Shown here: positions 12,001 to 20,900 of the stretch, one piece after another
Numbering within the stretch: the first letter of the stretch is position 1
How the letters are laid out: every line of letters starts with the position of its first letter
Virus record (IMG/VR): IMGVR_UViG_3300025896_000022
Length of the DNA: 57,226 nt
Reading direction: 5' to 3' (one strand)
Origin: a virus
Lineage: Duplodnaviria > Heunggongvirae > Uroviricota > Caudoviricetes
Translations under genes and position numbers: made by a program
The notes under the pieces: generated by a model
What the model saw: the letters and a program-made list of their open reading frames with translations, nothing else
Database searches by the model: none
What the model was told of the DNA's origin: nothing

Positions 12001-15000
12001 GAAAATATTTTATCTGAACTACGTGATGGTTTAAATAACTATGCACAAAAAGAATTAAACATTTATATTGATAAATTAAAAGATTTAGGTGTTGTAAAAG
12101 AACACGAAGAAACTGTTAAAGCAATTAAAAAAGACACAACTACTGGTGCAGTTATATTGGAAAATGGTAATGCTGTTGTTACAGAAACTAAACAACCTAG
12201 TATTAAATATTTAACTTCAAATTTAATTGCAGACACATTAAAAATAGATTATGAAACTCCTATGAGTCTTTCTAATGTTTATGCAAAAACTAAAGAAAAT
12301 TATAATTTTAGAGGTGATAAAGAACAAAAAGCAAATATTGAAGGATTACTTGCAGATCATTTTTTTAATAACTGGTATAACTCTTTAAATACAAATGAAA
12401 TTTTTACTGGTGATAGAGCATTAAATGTAAAAGATGGAATTGATGCAACTAAACGTAACAAAAAGTTTCTTGCAACTGGTAGTACAATGAAAGAAGGATT
12501 TCACAGAGTTGCATATTTAAATACAATTGAAGGTTATGTTAATAATGAATATCCAGAATATGGTCCTTATTATTCAGCATCAGAAGTTTTAAGTGATTTT
12601 AAAATAACTGACCCATCGATAAAAAAATACATATATGAAAATTATAATGCAAATGATAGTGACATTTATGAAATATTTGATGGACAAAGTATATCTTCAT
12701 TATTTCATCAAGCAGATATGAATGATTCTTTAGGAAGACTTACTCCTAAGATATTAAAATCTATTATTGCAAAACATTATCGTAAATTGACTGAAGAAGA
12801 AGTACGCAATATGGAGAAAAACAAAATTGTAAATAATCCAAAGAAAACTGTTACTGCTTCTCGTAATATATATCACAAATTATCTGAAATATATATTGAT
12901 AGAAATTATGTAAGTAGATTAATTATACCTGCAGGTTCAACAAAAGAACAAGTATATGAACAATTACATTCATATTATACAACTATTTATGCAACAAGAA
13001 AAGAAATACAAGAATATTCTAAAATTAATAAAGATACAAAATCAAATGATTTAGATTCTGCTATTGCAGATTTAGAAAAATATATTCAAAATACGTATAC
13101 TGATATTCATAAGTTTTATAAACCATTAAAACATAGAGTTAAACTACATAATATGTTAAACTCTATGGAATATCATAATGTTGATCAATTAATGGATACA
13201 ACTGCATCTAAAAATGCTACAATGCTTCCTGTTGATTATTTTGCACATGAAAATAATGGTGATTATCTTCCGTTAAATTTATCTTCTATTGAAGTAAACA
13301 ATGAAGATAAATATCTTCAAGTAGAAACTTCTGGTGTTCACGATACAGCAAGATTTTCTGTACAAGGAAAAATATTAATTGCTGCAGATTTACAACATAT
13401 AGAAGAACTTGCTAATAAAAGACATGAAGCAGCAGGTACAACTATGTCATCTACTGAAAGAAAAGCAATGAATGATATTGGTAATGTACTTGTTAAGTAT
13501 CAAGAATCTTTATTTGATATTGCAGATTCTAATTTGCAATCTCTTAAACATTTTTTAAGAAAAGGTGAGAACTTTGAATTAGGTAAAATCTTTAATTTAA
13601 TTAGAGAAAATCTTGAGTCACAAAATGCACCTGAGTCAATGTTAAAATTATTTAGTGTTGATAATTCTGGTAAACCTGTTCACAATGCTAACTTACCTGG
13701 AATAAGAAGCATGCTAGAGTATTATTTCTTTTCATTATATAGTAAACATGTAACAGATGAAAGAGGTTCAGGATTTAAAAATATTCATGTGTCTTCATTT
13801 GGATACAATGTATTAGAAGATGAGTATGGTAATGTTATTACAACTGAAGAATATCAAAATAATCCAGATGCATATCCAAATGTAAAAGATAGACCACTTA
13901 CTGTTCATATTGAAAATATATATAATGATGCAGGAGAAGTTATTAATAAAAGATATTTAGTTGAATGTATTTTACCAAAACAATTCTTTAAAAATGAACA
14001 ACATGAAAAATTCTATTTAGACAACTTAACAGAGATGTTTGCTCTTCGTATACCAACTGAAGATAAACGTTCAATGATTGCTTTAAAAGTAGTTGATTAT
14101 GTAGATAGTTCTAACTTAAATACAATTGTAGTACCACAATTTATTCATTTACTTTCTGGTTCTGATTTTGATATTGATTCATTATATGGTCAAACATACG
14201 CACACTATGTAAATGTAATTGGAAACTATAATAAATTTGGTGAATATGACTCATACGCATCTTCTGATAAAGGAAAGTTTATTGAGTTTTTACATTATAA
14301 AATGGAAGATGAAGATTTAAAACCATTAGTAAAAGCAAAAAGAAAAGAAATTATAAATTCAAAATCATTTGAACCAAGTGCAAATACACTTGAGATCATG
14401 TATGGATTAGGTTTTAATGAAGCTGATTACTTGTATATAAAACAAAATGATTATTTTAAAAATGTAAATACTGATGATAATTTATTATCAAATGAAATTG
14501 ATCAATTAAGAGATTCTAAAGAAATTGCTAAACAAGCATTTATTCAAGCAAAAGAAGACAATGAAATTGATTCATCTGATTATACTGCAAAGAAAAATAA
14601 AGAAATATTTGGTAAAATAGATTACGATGTAAAAGTTAAATTAGAAGATAAATTTTGGTTACAAAAATTTGTAAAAGGTGCATTACGTGTTGAAGCAGCA
14701 TTACAAGTTTTTGAGAAATATGGTTTACCAGTTGATCAAAAGAATTTTGATAAAAATATTGTAAATCATTTATCTGTATTGCCAATACATCAAAATAAAA
14801 ACTTAAAAGCAAAAATAGATATACTGTCTAATGAGTCTGTATTTAAGAATTTATATATACATGAAAGATCTTCTGTTGAAGCATTTGCTGCTATTGCAAA
14901 AGCTTTTGGTATTGATTTAGATAATTTTGGAATTAAAACAGATCCAAATACTATTACTTCTCTTGTAAATTCTAAATCATTAGGTTCTTCATATAAAGAT

Positions 15001-17898
15001 GGTATTGGTATTACTGCATCATTACAAAAGTTTTTAGCACTTGCTAGTCAATATGGATTAGAATTAAATGGTGATAATATTATATGGAAATATAAAAGTA
15101 ATAAAGTAGATAATTTAGGAAACAAAAAAGAAATAGATAATTTATTTTCAAAATTTGGTTCTATAAATGTTAATGGTGATCGTGTAATTGAAATCAATGG
15201 TAATATACTTGGTATGTTTGCAGATGGAATGAAAAAACCTATCCCTGCTGCATTGCAAATGAATGAAGTTAATGCTGGTATTACTCTTGCAATGATTGGA
15301 GTAGGATTAGATCCAGCATTTGCATTTGGTTTTAACTTTATTCCTGAAATTAAAAAAGCAATATATAATATTCAAGCATCACGTTTTGCAATTAGTGATT
15401 CTACATCAAGTGAATACAAGTTTTTAAATAATGAACTTTCCAATGTTATGAAATCTTTTGTTGAAGATAATGGAGGTAGAGTATTACTTAAAGAACTTGT
15501 CGATGCAAACTTAATCACACCAGAGTCACATGTATTTAAAATTCAAATTAACAAACAACATTTGATGATTGATTTTGCTGCAAATAAACTTGATGAATAT
15601 AAACTTCAAAATAATACATTAACAGTTAATGAAATTGGATTTGATGTTAGTTCTGTTGTAGGAGATGTAAAAACTGAATTGTCAAGTGAAGCACAAAAAC
15701 TTATATTATTACAATTATACAAAGAACAATCGCAACAAGCATGGAGTTTAAGAAATGCTGGTTCTATAGTAGACTTGTATAAAAAACTTAATCCTTCATT
15801 AGTATCGTTTGATAAATTAATGAAAAACATAAATGAACTTAAAGATGGTACATCTATATTTACTGCTGAATCAACTGATAAATTATTTACAAATAAACAA
15901 GTATGGGTTCCATTAAAAAAAGCAATTGATGATTTAAATGAACAATCGGTAATATTTTTAGAAAGAACATCTTTTTTTAAACCAATTGCAAATACATTTG
16001 GCACTGTATTTACTGATCCGTCAAATATTGCAAGAACTATTACAAGTTTTATTGGTATACGTAAATATCAAATGAATCAACATAAAAATAGTGTAGGTAC
16101 AGATCCAATTGCACAAGCAAATTTTGATTTGGATAATGCACAACTTAAAGAAGTGTTTACAGCAGATTATTTATTTAATAATACTTTAGAAGAAAAATTG
16201 GATGCATTAAAAAACAAACATCCTAAAAATAAATTTTTACAATATTTAAAACCTGCTAATAATAAAACAGTTATATTAAATGAAAATAATAAACCAGTTA
16301 CTGAGAAAACTTTGCAAATGGTTAGTAAAGCAAAAATTGCTGGTGATTTAGCAAATGATATAGTTGATGATGCAAATAATTTATACAGAGATGAAACTTT
16401 ATTTATGAAAGAACTATTTTATCATGAATTAGCAATAACAGGTTTGCAATATAAATCTGGTTCATTCTTGCAATATTTACCATCTGAACTTCAAATACCT
16501 ATATCTGAAAACATAACTGAGTTTATTACTGCAATTGAAAATACAAAAGGTAATAAAAAAGAACTTGTTAATGTACTTAGAGAATATATTAGTTCTGATG
16601 AAACTAAAACAAATGAAGATGTATATAAATTATTTGATGAACTATTTGTGTTAATGGCGTTTAATGCATCTAAAGAAGTTGGTAATAAAAAAATCAAACA
16701 AGTATCTAAAATATCATTTAGTGAAGCAGAAGGTTTTGAATCTGGTATAATGAAAAAACTCAAGTTTAGCACAACTGATTCTAAAGAAAGAGTTGAAATT
16801 GCAAATAAAGTTGTTGGAAATATACTTGGATTAAATATTTTAAAATCTGGAAAAAGTTTTACTTTATCTGATAAATTAGGTGCTGTACCATTAGAAGAAA
16901 TTACTATTAATATGAAAGGTGCAGATGCAATGCCTGAAATGTCTAATGATGTTGCTATTGAAATTGGTAAAAAATTAAACATACTTAAAGACAAAGATGA
17001 TAAAAATAAATACAAGTTTCCATTGCTTTTAAAAATTGGTGCAACTACTTATTTATTACAAGGTATTGATAATGAAATAGATAACAAAAGTTTTGGTAAA
17101 TCTATTATTGATTCTATTGCAGGTGTTGGTGAATATAAAACAGTAGGTAATGCTGCAAAATATGTTGCATTACCAAAAGAACTTACAAGTGGAACTATTA
17201 ATCCAATAGGATATAATACAAGTGAATTAAAACGTTATACTGATTTGATAAATAGAAAAATTAAATTACCTGTTGTAAAAGAATTTGATCTTGGAGAAGC
17301 AATGAGTGAAGGTTTAACTGCAGATATGTTTGAAGACTATTCTGTTAAACAAGCATCACCAATTAATGTTGCAATAAGTGAAAACAAAAAAGAATTTGTA
17401 GATACTGTTACATATACTCCACAAGGTAAAGAAACTCAAACATATACAATTAAAGATGGTAATATTTTTAATTCTAAAAATGTGGAGGTATTTAAAACAG
17501 ATAGTATAGATAGAAATAAAATTCTTGCAAATCTTGATGTAAAAATAGGTAGAGGTGTTGTTGTAACACATAAAGATGCAAAATATGTAGTGTCATTATC
17601 TAATGGTACAATTACATCAGTAACTTCTGGTAAAATAATGCAATGGCAAGAAAATAATGGTGATAGAAAAGCAATACTTGATTTAGCAGGAATTGGTAAC
17701 GCAGAACCACTTTCAAAATTAGAACTTGATATTCAAAATATTAATGTTACCTTTGATATGGTAAAACATTTTTATGATCAGAGTGCTACTGGTAAATTAT
17801 TTGATGCTTACTCTACTGAGTTTGCTGCATATGCTGCTAATCTGAAAACTACTGGAATGACAAACAATGAAATTATTGAAAAACTTAAATGTTTATAA
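6058..17898 (+). CDS. Virion-associated single-chain two-barrel RNA polymerase (crAss-like) with N-terminal zincin-like domain, 3946 aa
   Basis: Catalytic-type motif LRIPTEDKRS...TIVVP...SGSDFDIDSL (DFDID at 14164-14178, as in phi14:2 gp66). IFDGQS resembles the beta-like DG motif. HEAFH (9121-9135) plus downstream EEILAD form a zincin metalloprotease signature. Confidence 0.9.
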   Translation: MAKCELSTEKYISVVKNLIKLNPSEYKNFDKTAEFILKSGLSNYEKSLSLFSIAEIYIGLHGLDKSFYTIGKANKIVDAQILLEDTDEFVSIVSDLYKVKKTPKVKIESIEKMINDLSSKTVVTPNDLTGTNGVLTAIKNYFNTIAFDDETIRQGHIDNVSAQLKSILRELNTSDAYKDLLLKSVDATISSLTKISPFISLRDIADLAELNNQLVTLVNGQMIEAVPRPDGLYIIDELGNEQRLAEENFIASKDARNDDYSNSNNGKQEFFEDTILSNFKIKPLENEVFKREAIIAKLKKMGDAVTAGIKVHAVKISTVGDERLQRIHDIANDPKYKGLANRTYETFENETQVNYLKSTPNGTVITVARPKQSESKFVLVGEIIGSGEKFYLYPLDNYVFLNSNNTTQQIDFTNPVHLEMVKEHSIKRTSEGVTELTRNDLETLKNTYNLHNIFKENLNTFLSDKFNDETSSVDVSEQFFSQYSINSQRVGDTIIQNLADLIDTDKSLSRKLTIVTVDTFGKTIKEEERNLVFMFTKFNDYKDASGNYKPKDEQNKFQLVNLLDGNERIKIINAEGEEIDTVTQQEYLDNHFDSSIKMNDNYIKEKVFGGKFYENQNHIIIRFNNNKTYGYKIVKPVYFLEQTQGFATFLNTLTNVLTAPDKSSQLRTFNKQQFKFANFSSISGKVELFTNFTVDQKGNLQIEIRPSNIKEGSKYGFISKLPGAKSAFNFSLAENEKDLIKDNAKTKDLISKVVAENIIFSKLDLNKLKDVTKFYSLLNQLSKDNKPSENVVNLIDAIETQQNNFSKLLNEKVIEKMLKVGALYPGFIENFNRDYPNPKHLILDIKEDGKEIPRIIFADKNESQAKKDYIKSASSLELHDVPQKKLVITSKSPVNTVTKIANVPLAETTEHPIENISVSKPTLYEQMFGKETIAEEETDLSDDIPEIDLFSISNGAVQTETQAERENAVQWLQNNLPQFEISQEELSTIIDLSKIDGNVLGLFKDRVIHLNNEILSKGVVYHEAFHGVFRYLMTPEQQSKLIEQVTSNVKNNKLFTESALKAFASERNYIYDYEKMKELQAEEILADGFQNHMIKNTKPKGLLEQLYSLLKKLIDMFIKHGNVIDSTYKNIQKGAYSKVQIQSEIYEGQTAYALIPGLKLIEPNNKNISGVSQRQSTLQKDEQNQLVYMVSKYVIEDTSGKTFDEKFENSRHLILKQVYNLDQIINNKENKKFTRDEIVKEFGNLYSNYRFMLGARTLGETIYDVNVSGISKFDKKILPNKIKQYKDKSLDNELGQESLEVLKKLVKEKTRELYSMLDGVGNTISKDTLAKELSGANEFKSQVNDDAENDEELSDDVNTEEEFGQHNRLDSAPRQVRRFLAIVDYNKKDAKTGITVPRVINGESIFGTLLKITSDVKVDQIINHIRVTANTYREDGNFEAAGDLQAIYDKIHSYTDMDENGNPATNKELYNMFKDVLHGTETNYIMSYVTLTTGTFEEEGNNISSFTLSDRVMQADIVNKRRNLISSMITTHAKKHTDEDYLIAAKRLIDLSTKIIDTPVLMGSSKLANDTLETLTFDLYNAFNDVGMTLPKSLIKMSLLAIDKINNNNNALTNVNKNTLDHYDTNRSLILEGDYLQKDYFRDIKAIYKTVIDESISSNNFGKMLDDKNKTLNRFFSITNKFTKYIIKYDATDLPSVFRNAAGKPVYRYTKYTPLHTIAQSIRQEGLLDTFKKDRYYNDFLESFYSDNPLFSDLLKGSNTKQAKVAKLLMDNMSVSLFGGIAQFNNQTYKDGKTFGKLDDQSLHIMSILSFLQRSNISSTETIIDEDGNVTTPKTTIQTYMRSFDTLEASQTNFLITALYQQYADTKGIVKNSNNHYKIVDDLEAKVKQEFNRIKKEWNRRTESKTNYDNGTSNKLVPNYNAILDKTDKTKAIVESKNNKEFRAYNFNVLPYFFSAPENELFTNSLIQLAKDNTVNFEDLDENILSELRDGLNNYAQKELNIYIDKLKDLGVVKEHEETVKAIKKDTTTGAVILENGNAVVTETKQPSIKYLTSNLIADTLKIDYETPMSLSNVYAKTKENYNFRGDKEQKANIEGLLADHFFNNWYNSLNTNEIFTGDRALNVKDGIDATKRNKKFLATGSTMKEGFHRVAYLNTIEGYVNNEYPEYGPYYSASEVLSDFKITDPSIKKYIYENYNANDSDIYEIFDGQSISSLFHQADMNDSLGRLTPKILKSIIAKHYRKLTEEEVRNMEKNKIVNNPKKTVTASRNIYHKLSEIYIDRNYVSRLIIPAGSTKEQVYEQLHSYYTTIYATRKEIQEYSKINKDTKSNDLDSAIADLEKYIQNTYTDIHKFYKPLKHRVKLHNMLNSMEYHNVDQLMDTTASKNATMLPVDYFAHENNGDYLPLNLSSIEVNNEDKYLQVETSGVHDTARFSVQGKILIAADLQHIEELANKRHEAAGTTMSSTERKAMNDIGNVLVKYQESLFDIADSNLQSLKHFLRKGENFELGKIFNLIRENLESQNAPESMLKLFSVDNSGKPVHNANLPGIRSMLEYYFFSLYSKHVTDERGSGFKNIHVSSFGYNVLEDEYGNVITTEEYQNNPDAYPNVKDRPLTVHIENIYNDAGEVINKRYLVECILPKQFFKNEQHEKFYLDNLTEMFALRIPTEDKRSMIALKVVDYVDSSNLNTIVVPQFIHLLSGSDFDIDSLYGQTYAHYVNVIGNYNKFGEYDSYASSDKGKFIEFLHYKMEDEDLKPLVKAKRKEIINSKSFEPSANTLEIMYGLGFNEADYLYIKQNDYFKNVNTDDNLLSNEIDQLRDSKEIAKQAFIQAKEDNEIDSSDYTAKKNKEIFGKIDYDVKVKLEDKFWLQKFVKGALRVEAALQVFEKYGLPVDQKNFDKNIVNHLSVLPIHQNKNLKAKIDILSNESVFKNLYIHERSSVEAFAAIAKAFGIDLDNFGIKTDPNTITSLVNSKSLGSSYKDGIGITASLQKFLALASQYGLELNGDNIIWKYKSNKVDNLGNKKEIDNLFSKFGSINVNGDRVIEINGNILGMFADGMKKPIPAALQMNEVNAGITLAMIGVGLDPAFAFGFNFIPEIKKAIYNIQASRFAISDSTSSEYKFLNNELSNVMKSFVEDNGGRVLLKELVDANLITPESHVFKIQINKQHLMIDFAANKLDEYKLQNNTLTVNEIGFDVSSVVGDVKTELSSEAQKLILLQLYKEQSQQAWSLRNAGSIVDLYKKLNPSLVSFDKLMKNINELKDGTSIFTAESTDKLFTNKQVWVPLKKAIDDLNEQSVIFLERTSFFKPIANTFGTVFTDPSNIARTITSFIGIRKYQMNQHKNSVGTDPIAQANFDLDNAQLKEVFTADYLFNNTLEEKLDALKNKHPKNKFLQYLKPANNKTVILNENNKPVTEKTLQMVSKAKIAGDLANDIVDDANNLYRDETLFMKELFYHELAITGLQYKSGSFLQYLPSELQIPISENITEFITAIENTKGNKKELVNVLREYISSDETKTNEDVYKLFDELFVLMAFNASKEVGNKKIKQVSKISFSEAEGFESGIMKKLKFSTTDSKERVEIANKVVGNILGLNILKSGKSFTLSDKLGAVPLEEITINMKGADAMPEMSNDVAIEIGKKLNILKDKDDKNKYKFPLLLKIGATTYLLQGIDNEIDNKSFGKSIIDSIAGVGEYKTVGNAAKYVALPKELTSGTINPIGYNTSELKRYTDLINRKIKLPVVKEFDLGEAMSEGLTADMFEDYSVKQASPINVAISENKKEFVDTVTYTPQGKETQTYTIKDGNIFNSKNVEVFKTDSIDRNKILANLDVKIGRGVVVTHKDAKYVVSLSNGTITSVTSGKIMQWQENNGDRKAILDLAGIGNAEPLSKLELDIQNINVTFDMVKHFYDQSATGKLFDAYSTEFAAYAANLKTTGMTNNEIIEKLKCL

Positions 17899-17901
17899 GA
17901 C

Positions 17902-20900
17902 ATGACAAATTGCATAAATATTAATGATCCGTTATTTAAAGAATTAGTTGCTGCATTTAATGGTAATGAAGCACTTGCAAGAACTGCTTGCACATTAAAC
18001 GAAGATGTTATACCATCTGTTGATGAAGCAAAAGTTCTTATTGCTAATATGAAAATAGAAGAAAATGATGAACGACATGTTCGTCATTCTGATCATTTCA
18101 AATTAGAAAGAACAAAAGACCAATATGTAGTTTTACAAAACATAAGTATATTTGCTAATGATTCACAACGTGCTGCAATATCAAAACTTGTCAAAAACAA
18201 TCAAGAATATCAAGAATTTCTGCAAAAAAATATTGATTTAAGAGATGCAGGTAAAAATACATTACCTTCATATTCAGTAACTTCATTTATTGGTTCATCT
18301 GATTTTAAAGGTGATCAAACTAAATATGAAGCATTTAAATTGTTTGGTACATTTATGCATGATGTTTTAGAAAAAGCACAAATAGAAGCATTGAAAAAAA
18401 GTGAGTCTATTGATGCAATATTATCTGAAGAATTTTTCAACAAAACATATGAAAAATATTTAGAAAAAAATCCATTTTACATAGAAGAGTTATCTAAAGA
18501 AAAGATATTTGATATGGCACAACGTGTTGCAAAACATGTGTCAATAAATAAAGATGAAGGTTATTTAATATTGCCAGAGATTACACTTGCTGGAAAAGAT
18601 ACTCATGGTAATTTTATTGTAGGTAGATTAGATTTACTTTTAATTAGTAATACTGGTAAAGTAAAAGTATTTGATTTTAAAACAAAAAAAGTACACAACA
18701 TGGTGTACAATAATGCTTTTAATCAACAGGTAATTGATAAAGATAGAGCATTTGTCAATCTTGCATCAACCCAATATGTTGTAAAAGATAAACCAGGTAT
18801 GGCTGATTCACTTAAAAAAGTAAACTTAAGTAGGACAGCATATGATAACTGGACTTTACAATTAAAAGCATATGAAAACATGCTAGGTCAAATAGGTCTA
18901 GTAGCAGAAGATTCTAAAATTGTTGCATTAATGTATCAAACAGATGCAAATAATAAATTCTTAGGTGATGTATTGCATATATTTCAAGGTAATAATTACT
19001 GGGATTATGCTACACATGCATCTGTTCCTGGAGATAATGGATATTGGAAAACTGATCCATTCAGAACAACAGAGAGGATTAATGAATATAGAGATGCAAT
19101 TGACATAGAAATTCCTATTGGTGATAAAGAAATTGAAGATGAATTAAAAAAGAATTTTCAAAACTTAGAATTTACTCCAACAGAAGATGAAAACAAAAAG
19201 TTAATTGATGCAATTAAAAGTGAATATGATAAACAAATCAAAGAAGTTTATGATAGAATAAATGAATTAAAATCTCAAGGTAAAGACACTGAACAATTAC
19301 ATGAATTACTCAATGTTAGAAAATCTACTTTAATTACTTTTAAACAATACATAGATAGAGTTTCAGATACTGACTTAGGTTATGAAAGAAACTTTTTTAA
19401 TATACTAGCTGCAACTGAAGAAGATTTAAAAAAAATATCTAATTTGTCAGAAGTAGCAATTCAATCTTTTAGAAAAGGTACATTAGAGTTTTCTAATAAA
19501 GATGTTACTCAAATAAATGAATCATTTTCAAGATCAAAAGGTCTTAATGACATAATTGATGTATTGAAAAGTATTATTAATGACGCTGAGAAAAATCCAG
19601 AAAATGATATTTCACCAAGTAGTCCTGTAAGACAAAAGTTATATGAATTAGAAATGAGTCATTTAACTATTGAAGCAAATTTTAGAGAAGCATCAGTATT
19701 AGCATTAGTTAAAATTGCAATGACTCCAGGTGAATATGTATATAATAAAGTTAGTGAACAAACTCGTGAAGCATTAGAACCTAAGATTGCTAAATTAGAA
19801 GAAGAACTTGCTAATATGAAATTAGGTAAAGCTGCTAATATATTTCAAAGTGTAAAAGGAAGTTTAATATCATTTATGTCAAAAGATTTTAAACAAAAAA
19901 TTAAAGATAAAGTTGGAGGAGGAGAACTTGGTAATCAGTTATTAGAAAATATACAACGTGCTGAATTAGAGTTAATTAGATTGAAAGAATATGCAGCAAC
20001 AGGGTTAGAATATAATATTGAGTCATTAAAAAAATATGTAACAGCTGTAACTGATCCAGAGTCACAAATATATATTGGTTCTCAAGATATTTATAATAGT
20101 ACATCTATTTTTTCAGGATTATTATTAGATAAAGGTATTGCAACTGCTTCCAATAGTGATTTATTTTTGTCATCAATGGTTCAAATGTATAAAAATGCTG
20201 GTGCAAAAGCTATACATAGTATTCAAAATAGTTTAGTTGCTATTCAATTTGATAAATCAAGAGATTCATTATTAAAAAGATTTACTGTTGAACAATTAAA
20301 TGATGAAATTTCTGAATGGAGAGAATATACTGTTACTAATAAAACAACAGGTGAAAAAGAAACTAAAAGAAGTTTAAATTTTGTTAAAGTATCTAGTAAT
20401 GATTATCAAAACACATTTAAAGAACATAGTGATAAGTTACAAGAATATAATACTGAACTTCGTAATTTAGAAGCAGAAGCAAATAAAAAGTTTAATACGC
20501 CAGAATATCAAAGTGCTAAACAAAATTTACTTGACAAACGTAAAAAAAAAGAAACATATAATACAGAATATATTAAATGGTTAATAGAAAATTCATCATT
20601 ACCATTTAATGAAACTTTTTATAAACTACAAGCATTGATGCCTGAAGAAATTAGAAATGAACTTCAGGAAAAGTATTTTGAAATACAACAAATTACTTAT
20701 GATGTAGGTAAAGGTAATGAGATATTACTTGAAGATTATGATTTTGATAGACTCAAAGATTTAGAAGATGACATTAGAGTATTAAGAGAAAAAGCAAAAA
20801 AAATAAATCCAGATTATGCAACATACATGGAGGAATTTAATAATCTTTTTGAATTTGATACAAATCATGCATTTTATGAAAGAAGAGAAAAAAATGCTAT

